Source: Conexibacter sp.
Lineage (GTDB): Bacteria > Actinomycetota > Thermoleophilia > Solirubrobacterales > Solirubrobacteraceae
DNA: 64,000 nt
NCBI GenBank assembly: GCA_025964325.1
Contig: JAOPZA010000174.1
Coordinates: forward strand, 3,327-67,326
Direction: 5' to 3'
Part shown: in pieces, positions 27,085 to 36,213 of the stretch
Numbering within the stretch: the first letter of the stretch is position 1
Layout: every line of letters begins with the position of its first letter
Made by a program: the position numbers and the translations under genes
Notes under the pieces: generated by a model
Databases searched by the model: none
What the model saw: only the letters and a program-made list of their open reading frames with translations
What the model was told of the DNA's origin: nothing

Positions 27085-27185
27085 CGACGAACGCTCGCGC
27101 TGCGCGCTCGGTTCGCTTGCCGCGTTTCGCTCCGGACGAAGCCCGCGACCCGACGCCCTCGGAGGCGAAACCCGCGGCCGGGCCC
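27085..27185. repeat. REP-like intergenic palindromic element
   Basis: GAACGCTCGCGC and GGCGAAACCCGCGG motifs shared with 8759-8775 and 11950-12000. Confidence 0.5.
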
Positions 27186-27189
27186 GCGT

Positions 27190-28080
27190 TCAGGCCTGAT
27201 GCTCCGCCGCCTCGCGCTCGGTGCGCTTGCGCCAGTAGCGCCCGAGACCCATCTGCAGGTGCGAGGGCGGCACCGCCAGCTCGTAGGCCGTCGCGGTCCC
27301 TGGGTCGACCTCGCGCTCGAGCAGGCCGTGGATCGTTCGCTCGAGCGCGCCGGGATCGTCCTGGGCGACGCGCGCGAGGCCGGCGAGGTCGCGCAGCGAG
27401 GCGCGCGTCGCCTCCAGCTGCGCGACCGCCTCCTCGACCACCCCGAAGTGCGTCAGGCCGAGGCTCGTCGGCTGCCACGCGGCGATCAGGTCGAGCGACG
27501 CCTCCCATGCCTCGACGTCGATGTCGGGCGGCGGGGTCGGCGCGATCGTGAGCCGCGAGGGCGGGATCCGCACGCCCGCGACGTCGCCGACGAACGCCCG
27601 GCCGCTCGACTCGTGGAGGTAGGCGACGTGATGGGACGCGTGACCGGGCGTGTAGGCGACGCGTATGCCGCCAGCGAGGGCGATCGTCTCCCCGCCGACG
27701 AGCGGGTGGATCCGCTCGGCCGGCACCGGCAGCATCTCGCCCCAGAGCGTCGCCATGTTGTCCTCGCCGTACAGGCGCCCGGCGCTGGCCAGCAGCTTGG
27801 AGGGATCGACGACGTGCGGCGCGCCGCGCTCGTGCACGTAGACGTCGAGGTCGGGCCAGCGCGCGACGAGCGCGCCGGTCGCCGCCGCGTGGTCGAGATG
27901 GATGTGCGTCAGCAGCACGGCGCGCGGGCGCCAGTCGCCGAGCTCGGCGAGCAGCGTCGCGAGCGTCGCCGCCGGGCCCGGGTCGACGAGCACGTCGCCG
28001 ACTCGCCAGGCGCAGATGACGCGCTCGGTGCCGAGGTGGCGGGTGTCGATCGGGCGCTGGCCGAACTGGAGGTCCTTCAT
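27190..28080 (-). CDS. MBL-fold metallo-hydrolase
   Basis: THIHLDHAAA, TPGHASHH, FVGDVAG. Confidence 0.92.
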   Translation of the reverse strand: MKDLQFGQRPIDTRHLGTERVICAWRVGDVLVDPGPAATLATLLAELGDWRPRAVLLTHIHLDHAAATGALVARWPDLDVYVHERGAPHVVDPSKLLASAGRLYGEDNMATLWGEMLPVPAERIHPLVGGETIALAGGIRVAYTPGHASHHVAYLHESSGRAFVGDVAGVRIPPSRLTIAPTPPPDIDVEAWEASLDLIAAWQPTSLGLTHFGVVEEAVAQLEATRASLRDLAGLARVAQDDPGALERTIHGLLEREVDPGTATAYELAVPPSHLQMGLGRYWRKRTEREAAEHQA

Positions 28081-28105
28081 AGGGGCGAACCCTACAATCG
28101 GCCGC

Positions 28106-30190
28106 ATGAGCGATGCGTCCACGCCCCCAGCGCACGCGAGTTCCCCCGGCGTCGCGGGCGACGATCCCAGCCGTGGAACTCGCAATGCGAAGCACCGCCT
28201 TCCGGAGCGCGACCGTCCGTGGCTGATGCGGACGTACGCCGGCCACTCGACCGCGGAGAAGTCGAACGAGCTCTACCGCGGCAACCTCGCGAAGGGCCAG
28301 ACGGGGCTCTCGATCGCCTTCGACCTGCCGACGCAGACGGGCTACGACCCCGATCACGAGCTGGCGCGCGGCGAGGTCGGCAAGGTCGGCGTGCCGGTCG
28401 CGCACAAGGGCGACATGGAGACGCTGCTCGACGGCATCCCGCTCGACCAGATGAACACGTCGATGACGATCAACGCGACGGCCGCCTGGCTGCTGGCGCT
28501 CTACATCGTCGCGGCCGAGGACCAGGGCGTCGGCGCCGACGCGCTTCAGGGCACGACGCAGAACGACATCATCAAGGAGTACCTGAGCCGCGGCACCTAC
28601 GCCTTCCCGCCGGCTCCCTCGATGCGGCTGATCGCCGACATGGTCGCCTACACCGTCGAGCAGGTGCCGAGGTGGAACCCGATCAACATCTGCTCCTACC
28701 ACCTGCAGGAGGCGGGCGCGACGCCCGTGCAGGAGATCGCCTACGCGATGAGCACCGCGATCGCCGTCCTCGACGAGGTCCGCCCGCGCGTGCGCGAGGA
28801 GCTGATGGGCAGAGTCTTCTCGCGCATCTCGTTCTTCGTCAACGCCGGGGTGCGGTTCATCGAGGAGCACGCCAAGCTGCGCGCGATGGCGGTCCTGTGG
28901 GACGAGCTCGGCCGCGAGCGCTACGGCGTCACGGACGAGAGCCAGCGCCGCTTCCGCTACGGCGTGCAGGTCAACTCGCTCGGCCTGACGGAGGCGCAGC
29001 CGGAGAACAACGTCCAGCGGATCGTGCTTGAGGCGCTCGCGGTCACGCTCGGGCGCGACGTCCGCGCCCGAGCCGTGCAGCTGCCCGCCTGGAACGAGGC
29101 GCTCGGACTGCCGCGACCGTGGGACCAGCAGTGGTCGCTGCGGCTGCAGCAGGTGCTGGCGTTCGAGACCGACCTGCTCGAGTACCCGGACATCTTCGAG
29201 GGCTCGGTCGTGATGCAGGGGCTCGTCGGCGAGCTGCTCGCCGGCGCCCGCGCGGAGATCGCGATCGTCGCCGAGCACGGCGGCGCCGTCGAGGCGGTGC
29301 CGTACATGAAGTCGGCGCTGGTCGAGTCCCACCGCGAGCGGATCCGCCGGATCGAGACCGGCGAGCTGACCGTCGTCGGCCAGAACAGATTCACCGAGAC
29401 CGAGCCCTCGCCGCTGACGGCCGACGGCGACGGCGGGATCCTCGTCGTCGACCCCGATGTCGAGCGGGGACAGAAGGAGGCGCTCGCGGCGTGGCGCGCG
29501 GCGCGCGACCAGGCGGCCGTCGACGGCGCGCTCGCGGAGCTGGCGCGCGTCGCCGGCAGCGACGAGAACGTGATGCCGGCGACGATCGCCGCCGCACGCG
29601 CCGGTGCGACGACGGGCGAGTGGGCGCAGACGCTGCGCGACGCGTTCGGCTCCTACCGCGGCCCGACCGGCGTCGGCGAGGCCGTCGCGCTCGGCGACGC
29701 CTCGCTCGAGGACGTGCGCGACGAGGTCGAGCGGCTCTCCGAGGCGCTCGGGCGACGGGTCAAGATCCTCGTCGGCAAGCCCGGCCTCGACGGCCACTCG
29801 AACGGCGCCGAGCAGATCGCGGTCGCCGCGCGCGACGCCGGCATGGAGGTCGTCTACGAGGGGATCCGCCTGACGCCGGCGCAGATCGCGGCCTCGGCGC
29901 TGCAGGAGGGCGTCCACGTCGTCGGCCTCTCGATCCTCTCCGGCTCCCATCGCGAGTTGATCCCGTCGGTGACGGCGGCGCTGCGCGAGGCCGGCGTCGG
30001 CGACGTGCCCGTGATCGTCGGCGGGATCATCCCGACGGCCGACGTCGCGGCGCTGCGCGCGGCCGGCGTCGCCGCCGTCTACACGCCGAAGGACTTCGAC
30101 ATCTCGCGCATCATGCGCGACATCGTCGCGCTGGTGAGCGACCGCAACGGCCTGTCGGCGACATCCGCCGCCGACTCCCGCTCGACGTAG
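28106..30190 (+). CDS. meaA: B12-dependent ethylmalonyl-CoA mutase (Ecm/MeaA)
   Basis: RDRPWLMRTYAGHS, LSIAFDLPTQTGYD, NICSYHLQEAGATP, GKPGLDGHSNGAEQIA; TACAAT 7 nt upstream. Confidence 0.93.
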   Translation: MSDASTPPAHASSPGVAGDDPSRGTRNAKHRLPERDRPWLMRTYAGHSTAEKSNELYRGNLAKGQTGLSIAFDLPTQTGYDPDHELARGEVGKVGVPVAHKGDMETLLDGIPLDQMNTSMTINATAAWLLALYIVAAEDQGVGADALQGTTQNDIIKEYLSRGTYAFPPAPSMRLIADMVAYTVEQVPRWNPINICSYHLQEAGATPVQEIAYAMSTAIAVLDEVRPRVREELMGRVFSRISFFVNAGVRFIEEHAKLRAMAVLWDELGRERYGVTDESQRRFRYGVQVNSLGLTEAQPENNVQRIVLEALAVTLGRDVRARAVQLPAWNEALGLPRPWDQQWSLRLQQVLAFETDLLEYPDIFEGSVVMQGLVGELLAGARAEIAIVAEHGGAVEAVPYMKSALVESHRERIRRIETGELTVVGQNRFTETEPSPLTADGDGGILVVDPDVERGQKEALAAWRAARDQAAVDGALAELARVAGSDENVMPATIAAARAGATTGEWAQTLRDAFGSYRGPTGVGEAVALGDASLEDVRDEVERLSEALGRRVKILVGKPGLDGHSNGAEQIAVAARDAGMEVVYEGIRLTPAQIAASALQEGVHVVGLSILSGSHRELIPSVTAALREAGVGDVPVIVGGIIPTADVAALRAAGVAAVYTPKDFDISRIMRDIVALVSDRNGLSATSAADSRST
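28136..28183. mobile_element. 48-bp miniature inverted-repeat element in frame in the Ecm N-terminus
   Basis: GCGAGTTCC...GGAACTCGC termini; GAGTTCCCCCG and GCCGTGGAACTC shared exactly with intergenic 55385-55431. Confidence 0.65.
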
Positions 30191-30246
30191 CCGCGAAAGA
30201 CTTCGCCCGGCGGCTCCTTCGCGCGCGCCCGGTAGCTTCCATCCGC

Positions 30247-31209
30247 GTGACCCGCGATGGAGCAGACCTCGGTGCGCGGCTGCGCGGGGGTGACCTGACG
30301 GTCGCGCCGGCGGTGCTGAACCTGGTCGAGAACCGCACACCGGCGGCGCAGCCGCGGATCGCGGCGCTGCTGGCCGAGGTCGCGCCGGCCGCGCTCGGCG
30401 GCGAGGCGCCGGGGCACGTCATCGGGCTCACGGGACCGCCCGGGGCCGGCAAGTCGACGCTCCTGTCGCAGCTGCTGGCCGGCTGGCGGGCACGCGACCG
30501 ATCCGTCGCCGTGCTGGCGGTCGATCCGTCCTCGAAGCGCTCCGGCGGCGCGCTCCTCGGCGACCGCGCGCGGATCGACTTCGACCCCGGCGACCGCGCC
30601 GTCTTCATCCGCTCGATGGCGGCCGGCGACCGCCTCGGCGGCCTCGCGCCGGCGACGCGGGCCGCCGCCCACGCGCTCGCCGCCGCGTTCGACGTCGTCG
30701 TGATCGAGACGGTCGGCGTCGGCCAGTCCGAGACCGAGGTCGCCGACGTCGCCGACACCGTCGCCGTCGTGGTCCAGCCGGGCTCCGGCGACGCGCTGCA
30801 GTTCCTCAAGTCCGGGATCATGGAGATCCCCGACGTGCTCGTCGTGACGAAGGCCGACCTCGGCCAGCTCGCGGTCCGCGCGCGGCGCGACCTGCACGCC
30901 GCGCTGCGCTCGCTCGGTGCGCGCGAGACGGCGGTCGTGGCGGTCAGCGCGGTGCCGCCGGCCGCTGGCGTGGAGGAGCTGCTCGACGCGCTCGACGCCC
31001 ACCGCGCGCGCGGAGGGGTCGCGGCGCGGCGCCTGCGCGCCCGCCGCCTCCACGCGCTCGCCGACTTCGCCGAGGAGCACGGCAGCCGCGGGATGCGGGC
31101 GCTCGGCGGGCGCCGCGCCGCCGAGCGCTGGCTCGCCGAGCAGGACCCTGGCCTCGACGTCGCCGCCCTCGGCCGCGGTCTGGCGGCGCGGGCCGGCGAG
31201 GGCGGCTAG
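30247..31209 (+). CDS. meaB: MeaB/ArgK-family GTPase (mutase chaperone)
   Basis: GLTGPPGAGKST, AVDPSS, GALLGDRAR, IETVGVGQSE, VTKAD. Confidence 0.92.
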   Translation: MTRDGADLGARLRGGDLTVAPAVLNLVENRTPAAQPRIAALLAEVAPAALGGEAPGHVIGLTGPPGAGKSTLLSQLLAGWRARDRSVAVLAVDPSSKRSGGALLGDRARIDFDPGDRAVFIRSMAAGDRLGGLAPATRAAAHALAAAFDVVVIETVGVGQSETEVADVADTVAVVVQPGSGDALQFLKSGIMEIPDVLVVTKADLGQLAVRARRDLHAALRSLGARETAVVAVSAVPPAAGVEELLDALDAHRARGGVAARRLRARRLHALADFAEEHGSRGMRALGGRRAAERWLAEQDPGLDVAALGRGLAARAGEGG

Positions 31210-32162
31210 CCGAGTCGCGCGCGCAGCTCGTCCGCGACCCGCGTGGGGCGGCGCGTCACGTCGTCGTACGTGTAGTGGAGGACGACGTACCCCTGGAGCA
31301 TCAGCGCGTTCGCCTTGCTGCGGTCGCGCCGGAAGGCGCGGCGGGTGTGATGGAAGGGGTGGCCGTCGAGCTCGACGACGAGGCGGTGCTGCGGCCAGAG
31401 GGCATCGACCTCGTAGCCCTCGACGCGGGCGTTGATCCGCGGACGAGGCAGTCCGCGGTCTTCGACCAGTGCCAGGAAGCGCTCCTCCAGTTGCGAGCGG
31501 GTGAGCGTCGCGCCGTGGGCTCGGTGCTCGCCGAGCACCGCCCGCAGCACGGCGTCGCCCCGCCCCCGGCGCCCGCGGACGCGCGCCCGCACAGCCTCGA
31601 GCCTGTCGACGTCGAGAACGCCGAGCCGCTCCGCCTCGCTGAGGGCACGGGCCACGTGCTCCCGCGGCACGACGCCGGCGAGATCCACGAGCGTTCGAGC
31701 GACCGTCGTCGTCGGGATGCCGGCTCGAAGGGCGACATCGCGCCGATCGAGGCGAGAGCGATGGAGATCGACGCCTGGGAGACCGGCGCGACCGCGGGTC
31801 GGCGTGGTGACGTCGATCCGCGCACGGTTCGACGGCCGGAGGCCGTGGAGCGCGGCCGCGTCGCGGTGGCTCAGGGCCGCTCCGTCTCCCACGGCCAGCA
31901 CCGCCGCGAGCCACCACCCCTCCCGGCGCAGCCGCTCGTGCCCGACCGCGTAGACGCCGCGATGGAGGCGGATCAGGCGGCCCGCGCGCATCCGCACCTC
32001 GATCTCCTTCGGGGTCACCCCGCCGACGGCGAGCTGCCGCCGAGCCACCACGCCGTGCTGCGCCGCCGCCAAAGCCGCGATCGCCACATCCGCCGGGTGC
32101 GGCCGGGGAGCACGGCACCTCTGCTCCCCTACAAGGGGAGCAACATCGACGTCCTCGGGCAT
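31206..32162 (-). CDS. AbiEi-like HTH + DUF559 (Vsr-like endonuclease) protein; start uncertain
   Basis: AAQHGVVARRQL, LHRGVYAVGH, TTVARTLVDLA, EVDALW, VVELDG..FH. Confidence 0.85.
   Translation of the reverse strand: MPEDVDVAPLVGEQRCRAPRPHPADVAIAALAAAQHGVVARRQLAVGGVTPKEIEVRMRAGRLIRLHRGVYAVGHERLRREGWWLAAVLAVGDGAALSHRDAAALHGLRPSNRARIDVTTPTRGRAGLPGVDLHRSRLDRRDVALRAGIPTTTVARTLVDLAGVVPREHVARALSEAERLGVLDVDRLEAVRARVRGRRGRGDAVLRAVLGEHRAHGATLTRSQLEERFLALVEDRGLPRPRINARVEGYEVDALWPQHRLVVELDGHPFHHTRRAFRRDRSKANALMLQGYVVLHYTYDDVTRRPTRVADELRARLG
32122..32142. repeat. Perfect 9-bp hairpin at the 5' end of the DUF559 gene
   Basis: TGCTCCCCT-ACA-AGGGGAGCA. Confidence 0.6.
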
Positions 32163-32263
32163 ACCCGTGACGTTGTCGAACCCTCAATCACCCGTGGGGC
32201 ACGGTTTGCGTCGAGACCGTTACAGTCGCCGCTCGATCGTCACGACTGAGGAGGGATGGCGAG

Positions 32264-33628
32264 TTGAGCAAGGGACGGCACGCCCTGATACGCATCGTCG
32301 TCGTGGCCGCGCTCGCGGCCGCGACCGTCGCAACGACGACCGGCGCCGCGGGCGCCGCGGGCGCCGCGAAGAAGGCCACGAACCAATGGCTCGGGATGCG
32401 AGTCCTGAACCAGGTGCACCAGGGCGGCGAGGACGAGGCGCCGTCCAATACGTCGTACGCCTACCAGTGGGGCTTGGAGCACGGCGGCGACATGATCGAG
32501 CTCGACGTCCACGCGACGAGAGACGGGCAGATCGTCGCGATCCACGACGACGCCGTCGACCGCACGACGAACGGCCACGGCCTCGTCTCGTCCTACACGC
32601 TCGCCAGGCTGCGGCGGCTCGACGCCGCCTACAACTTCATCCCGGGTCGCAACAACGTCGCCGGCCAGCCGGCCGCCGACTACCCGTTCCGCGGCATGCG
32701 GACGGGACGCACCCGGCCGCCGGCGGGCTTCGAGCCGGCCGACTTCCGGATCCCGACGCTGCAGGAGGTCTTCGACGCCTACCCCGACATCCCGGTGAAC
32801 GTCGAGATCAAGGGTCAGACCGCGCAGGAGAAGCTCCGCGTCGCGAAGCTGCTCGCGCAGCTGATGAAGACGACGAAGAAGCGCGACGTGATCGTCGTCT
32901 CCTTCGATCAGAGAGCGGTCGACCGGTTCCACCAGCTGGCGCCGGACGTCGACCTCGCCCCGGGCGTCGACGGCGAGTCGGGCTTCCTGCTCGGCAACGT
33001 GCGCCCGCCGGCCGGGACGAAGGCGCTGCAGCTGCCGATCACCTACCAGCTCGGCGCGATCAGATATCAGGTGATCACCCCCGCGAACGTGCTGAAGGCG
33101 CACCGTGCCGGCTACGCGGTCCACGTCTACCTCGACGATGCCGCGGCGGAGAACGACACGACGTACCAGACGCTGACGGACGCCTGCGTCGACGGCGTGA
33201 TGACCGCCGACCCGACGAGATTCGAGGCGTTCCTCGAGCGCACCGGCCAGCCGCGCAGCGGCGGTCAGGGAGGCGCCGACCACTGCGCCTTCGGCACGCC
33301 GAAGCCGCTCCCGCGCGGCTGCCGCCTGCGCGTCTCGAAGCTCGTGACGCCGCTCGAGAGCAGCCTCGCCGTGCGCGTGGAGCGGTGGGGCGACCTGCGC
33401 GGCGCGTGCAGCGGCCCGATCACGCTGACGCGTGGCAGCGGCCGCTCGCGGGTCGTCGTCGCCCGCGGACATGTGCAGGCCGCGGCCGGCCGCACGGCCG
33501 CCGTCGGCAGCGCCCGGCTGACGAGCGCCGGCGTCGCGCTCGTGCGAACGCATGCGCGGCTGTCGCTGGGCGCCGCGGTGCGAGCGACCACGACGGACGT
33601 GCGCGTGCTCGCGCTGAGCACTCGCTGA
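32264..33628 (+). CDS. Secreted glycerophosphodiester phosphodiesterase family protein with C-terminal extension
   Basis: Signal peptide, HQGGEDEAPSNT, IELDVHATRDG, IHD, NVEIK, DGVMTADP. Confidence 0.88.
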   Translation: MSKGRHALIRIVVVAALAAATVATTTGAAGAAGAAKKATNQWLGMRVLNQVHQGGEDEAPSNTSYAYQWGLEHGGDMIELDVHATRDGQIVAIHDDAVDRTTNGHGLVSSYTLARLRRLDAAYNFIPGRNNVAGQPAADYPFRGMRTGRTRPPAGFEPADFRIPTLQEVFDAYPDIPVNVEIKGQTAQEKLRVAKLLAQLMKTTKKRDVIVVSFDQRAVDRFHQLAPDVDLAPGVDGESGFLLGNVRPPAGTKALQLPITYQLGAIRYQVITPANVLKAHRAGYAVHVYLDDAAAENDTTYQTLTDACVDGVMTADPTRFEAFLERTGQPRSGGQGGADHCAFGTPKPLPRGCRLRVSKLVTPLESSLAVRVERWGDLRGACSGPITLTRGSGRSRVVVARGHVQAAAGRTAAVGSARLTSAGVALVRTHARLSLGAAVRATTTDVRVLALSTR

Positions 33629-33697
33629 GCCGGTGATCGCGGCGGTCGGGCGGCCCCTGGGCGCGCCCGCCCGCCGCGTACGTCAGAATCCCGGCCC

Positions 33698-33856
33698 GTG
33701 CTCGTCGACCTGCTCTCGCTGCTCGTCGCGTTCGTCGTGTGCACCGCACTCGCCGGGCTGCTGGGCGCCGCCAACCTCGGCACCGCGCTCACGTTCGGCG
33801 TCTTCGGCTTCACGCTCGTGCTGCTGTGGCAGCTCCTGCTGCGGCGCGATCGCTGA
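33698..33856 (+). CDS. 52-aa two-TM small membrane protein (not in the ORF track)
   Basis: MLVDLLSLLVAFVVCTALAGLLGAANLGTALTFGVFGFTLVLLWQLLLRRDR*; CAGAAT 8 nt upstream. Confidence 0.7.
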   Translation: MLVDLLSLLVAFVVCTALAGLLGAANLGTALTFGVFGFTLVLLWQLLLRRDR

Positions 33857-33877
33857 CGCTCCATTAGGGTGCGCATC

Positions 33878-34756
33878 GTGCCGGTCGCGATGCCGCAGGT
33901 CGATGGGATCACCCACCGCGAGGTCCAGGCCGGCGCGGTGCGCTTGCACGTCGCCGAGGGCGGTCCCGCCGACGCGCCGCCGGTCGTGCTGCTCCACGGC
34001 TGGCCGCAGCACTGGTGGATCTGGCGCGACGTGCTCGGCCCGCTCGCCGCCGACCACCGTGTGATCGCGCCGGACCTGCGCGGGCTCGGGTGGAGCGACG
34101 CGCCGAGGAGCGGCTATCGCAAGCAGCAGCTCGCCGACGACGTGATCGCGCTGCTCGACGCGCTCCGGCTCGAGCGCGTCGACCTGATCGGCCACGACTG
34201 GGGCGGGTTCGCCGGCTTCCTCGTCTGCCTCACCGCGCCCGAGCGGATCGGGCACTACGTCGCCTGCTCGATCCCGCACCTGTGGCCCGACACGAGCGAG
34301 CGACCGAGCATCAGACGCCTCCTCGGGCTGTGGTACCAGGCCGTGCTGGCGGCGCCGCTGCTCGGCAGCGCGGCGCTGCGCGGCGGCCAGTTCCCGGCGA
34401 GAATCCTGCAGGGGGCGCGAGAGCACGGGCGTTACAGCGCCGCCGAGCTGGCGACGTACGTCGACGTGCTGCGCCAACCGGCGAACGCCCACGCGAGCCA
34501 GCAGTACTACCGCGAGTTCCTGCTGCACGAGCTGAGACCGCTCGCCGCCGGCGCCTTCCACGCCCGGTCGCTCACCACGCCGACGCGGCTGCTGTGGGGC
34601 CGCCAGGACCCGATCGTCGCCGGCTCGCACGACGACGAGCACCGCGCCTACGCGCCGCAGATGGAGATCACGTGGGTCGAGGAGACCGGCCACTTCCTCC
34701 CGGAGGAGCGGCCGCAGGTCGTCGTCGAGCACGCGCGCGAGCTGTTCGCGAGCTGA
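33878..34756 (+). CDS. Alpha/beta hydrolase (epoxide hydrolase-like)
   Basis: LLHGWPQHWW, GHDWGG, LWGRQDP, GHFLPEE; TAGGGT 7 nt upstream. Confidence 0.92.
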   Translation: MPVAMPQVDGITHREVQAGAVRLHVAEGGPADAPPVVLLHGWPQHWWIWRDVLGPLAADHRVIAPDLRGLGWSDAPRSGYRKQQLADDVIALLDALRLERVDLIGHDWGGFAGFLVCLTAPERIGHYVACSIPHLWPDTSERPSIRRLLGLWYQAVLAAPLLGSAALRGGQFPARILQGAREHGRYSAAELATYVDVLRQPANAHASQQYYREFLLHELRPLAAGAFHARSLTTPTRLLWGRQDPIVAGSHDDEHRAYAPQMEITWVEETGHFLPEERPQVVVEHARELFAS

Positions 34757-34772
34757 GCTGGAGGCACCCGCA

Positions 34773-34800
34773 GCGGGCCCGGCTTCCATGCCGAGCCCGC
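34773..34800. terminator. Hairpin between convergent genes
   Basis: GCGGGCCCGGC / GCCGAGCCCGC, 1 mismatch. Confidence 0.5.
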
Positions 34801-34831
34801 CGCCGTCCTACGCGTCGGCGATCCCCCCGGA

Positions 34832-36210
34832 TCAGCGACCCGCTGCGCGCGCGTGCAGGGTGAAGGAGGCGGAGCTCGCGCCGCCCTTCCCGTCGGTCGC
34901 GTAGGCCGCCGCGACGCTCAATGTCGCGGGATTCGGCAGGCGCGGTGCGGCAATGCTCCAGCGGGTGCGATCCCGCCCCGCGGGCCGCGCGGCGTGCCAC
35001 CCGCCTTGGTCGATCCGCCAGCGGACGGATCGCGCGGGCGCGTCCGTGCGCAGTGCGACGGACCGTCCGCGCGTCAGCGCGACGCGCGGACGTGGTCGGG
35101 GCAGCACGCGCAGCACGTCGACGTGGGCGCCTCCCAAGCGCGCGCTCGTCCACGCGCCGGCCGACGCGCGCACGTCCGCCTGCTTGCCGCCCGCCCGCAC
35201 GGTCAGTGCTCGCGTCAGCCCGCCGCCGCATCCGGCCGGCAGGTCGAGCCGATCCAGGGCGAACGTTCTCCCGCCATCGATCTTGATGACGTACACCGAC
35301 GACGCCGTGTGCGCGATCGCGGTTGCACCATCCTTCCAACTCAGGCGCGCGTCGCAGCGCGGAAGGTAGGCCGAGACGCCAGCGCCGTTCCCAGCGACCC
35401 ACGTCACCTCGCCGGAGCCGAGCTGCGCCATCGGGTCGATCGTGATCGACGAATCGAGCACCGTCGGCTCTGCCGCTCCGCACCCCTGGATCGTCAGTGG
35501 CACCCTCTGCCAGTCGGTGCCGACGCCGTACCGGCCGTCGTAGCCATAGCGACCGAAGCGATACGACGCGCCAGGCGACGCCAGCGGACGGTGCAGCGGC
35601 GCGCACAGCGGCTTCACGAGAGCAGCCGCGTCGAGGTCGGTCGTCTCGCTCCAGGTCCCGTCGTCCGTGCGTGTGACGCCCGTGCGCCAGTCGATCCACG
35701 AGGCAGGGCCCGTGCTCGTCAATCCCTCGATCCAGCGGGAGCCGACCGCGTCGGGGATGTACGGCTCGCCGCTTCCTCCCCACGCCGTGACGCCGGGAAC
35801 ATCGTGCCACGTCCGCGTCGCGATGTGAAGACCGTCGGGTACCAGCCGGTCACGCCGTCGTCCGCCTTCCCGAGGCACATCACCAGCAGCTGCCCGCCGC
35901 CGATGGCAACGAGCTGGACCGTCGGATCGCTCGTCGCCGTACAGGCGAGGTGCACGGGCGTCTCGATCGGCGTGTTGGGGTACAGGGCGTCGATCACGCG
36001 CACGACGCCGGGGCGCAGCTCGAAGGCGACGTAGCGTGCGCCGTCGCCGATGACACCTGCATCGTTCCCGAGACGGGGGGCCACCGGCGAGATCTGCTGC
36101 CAAGCGGCGGCGTCCGCTGCACGTGCAAGCGCGAGCGCGCTCGTGCAGGAGACGAGGAGCACGACGACGGCGTGGCGGCGAAGACGAGATGAACGTCCGA
36201 GGATCGCCAT
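34832..36210 (-). pseudogene. Secreted hypothetical protein, paralogue of 36214-37608, with an apparent 1-bp deletion near 35827
   Basis: Signal peptide in frame 1 to ...WYPTVF, continuing in frame 2 as IATRTWHDVPG; restoring one base gives about 459 aa, matching the 464-aa neighbour. Confidence 0.75.
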
Positions 36211-36213
36211 CGC

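Noticed and set aside
28081-28105. Possible cobalamin riboswitch before the B12-dependent mutase
   Set aside because: Only 25 nt intergenic; no room.
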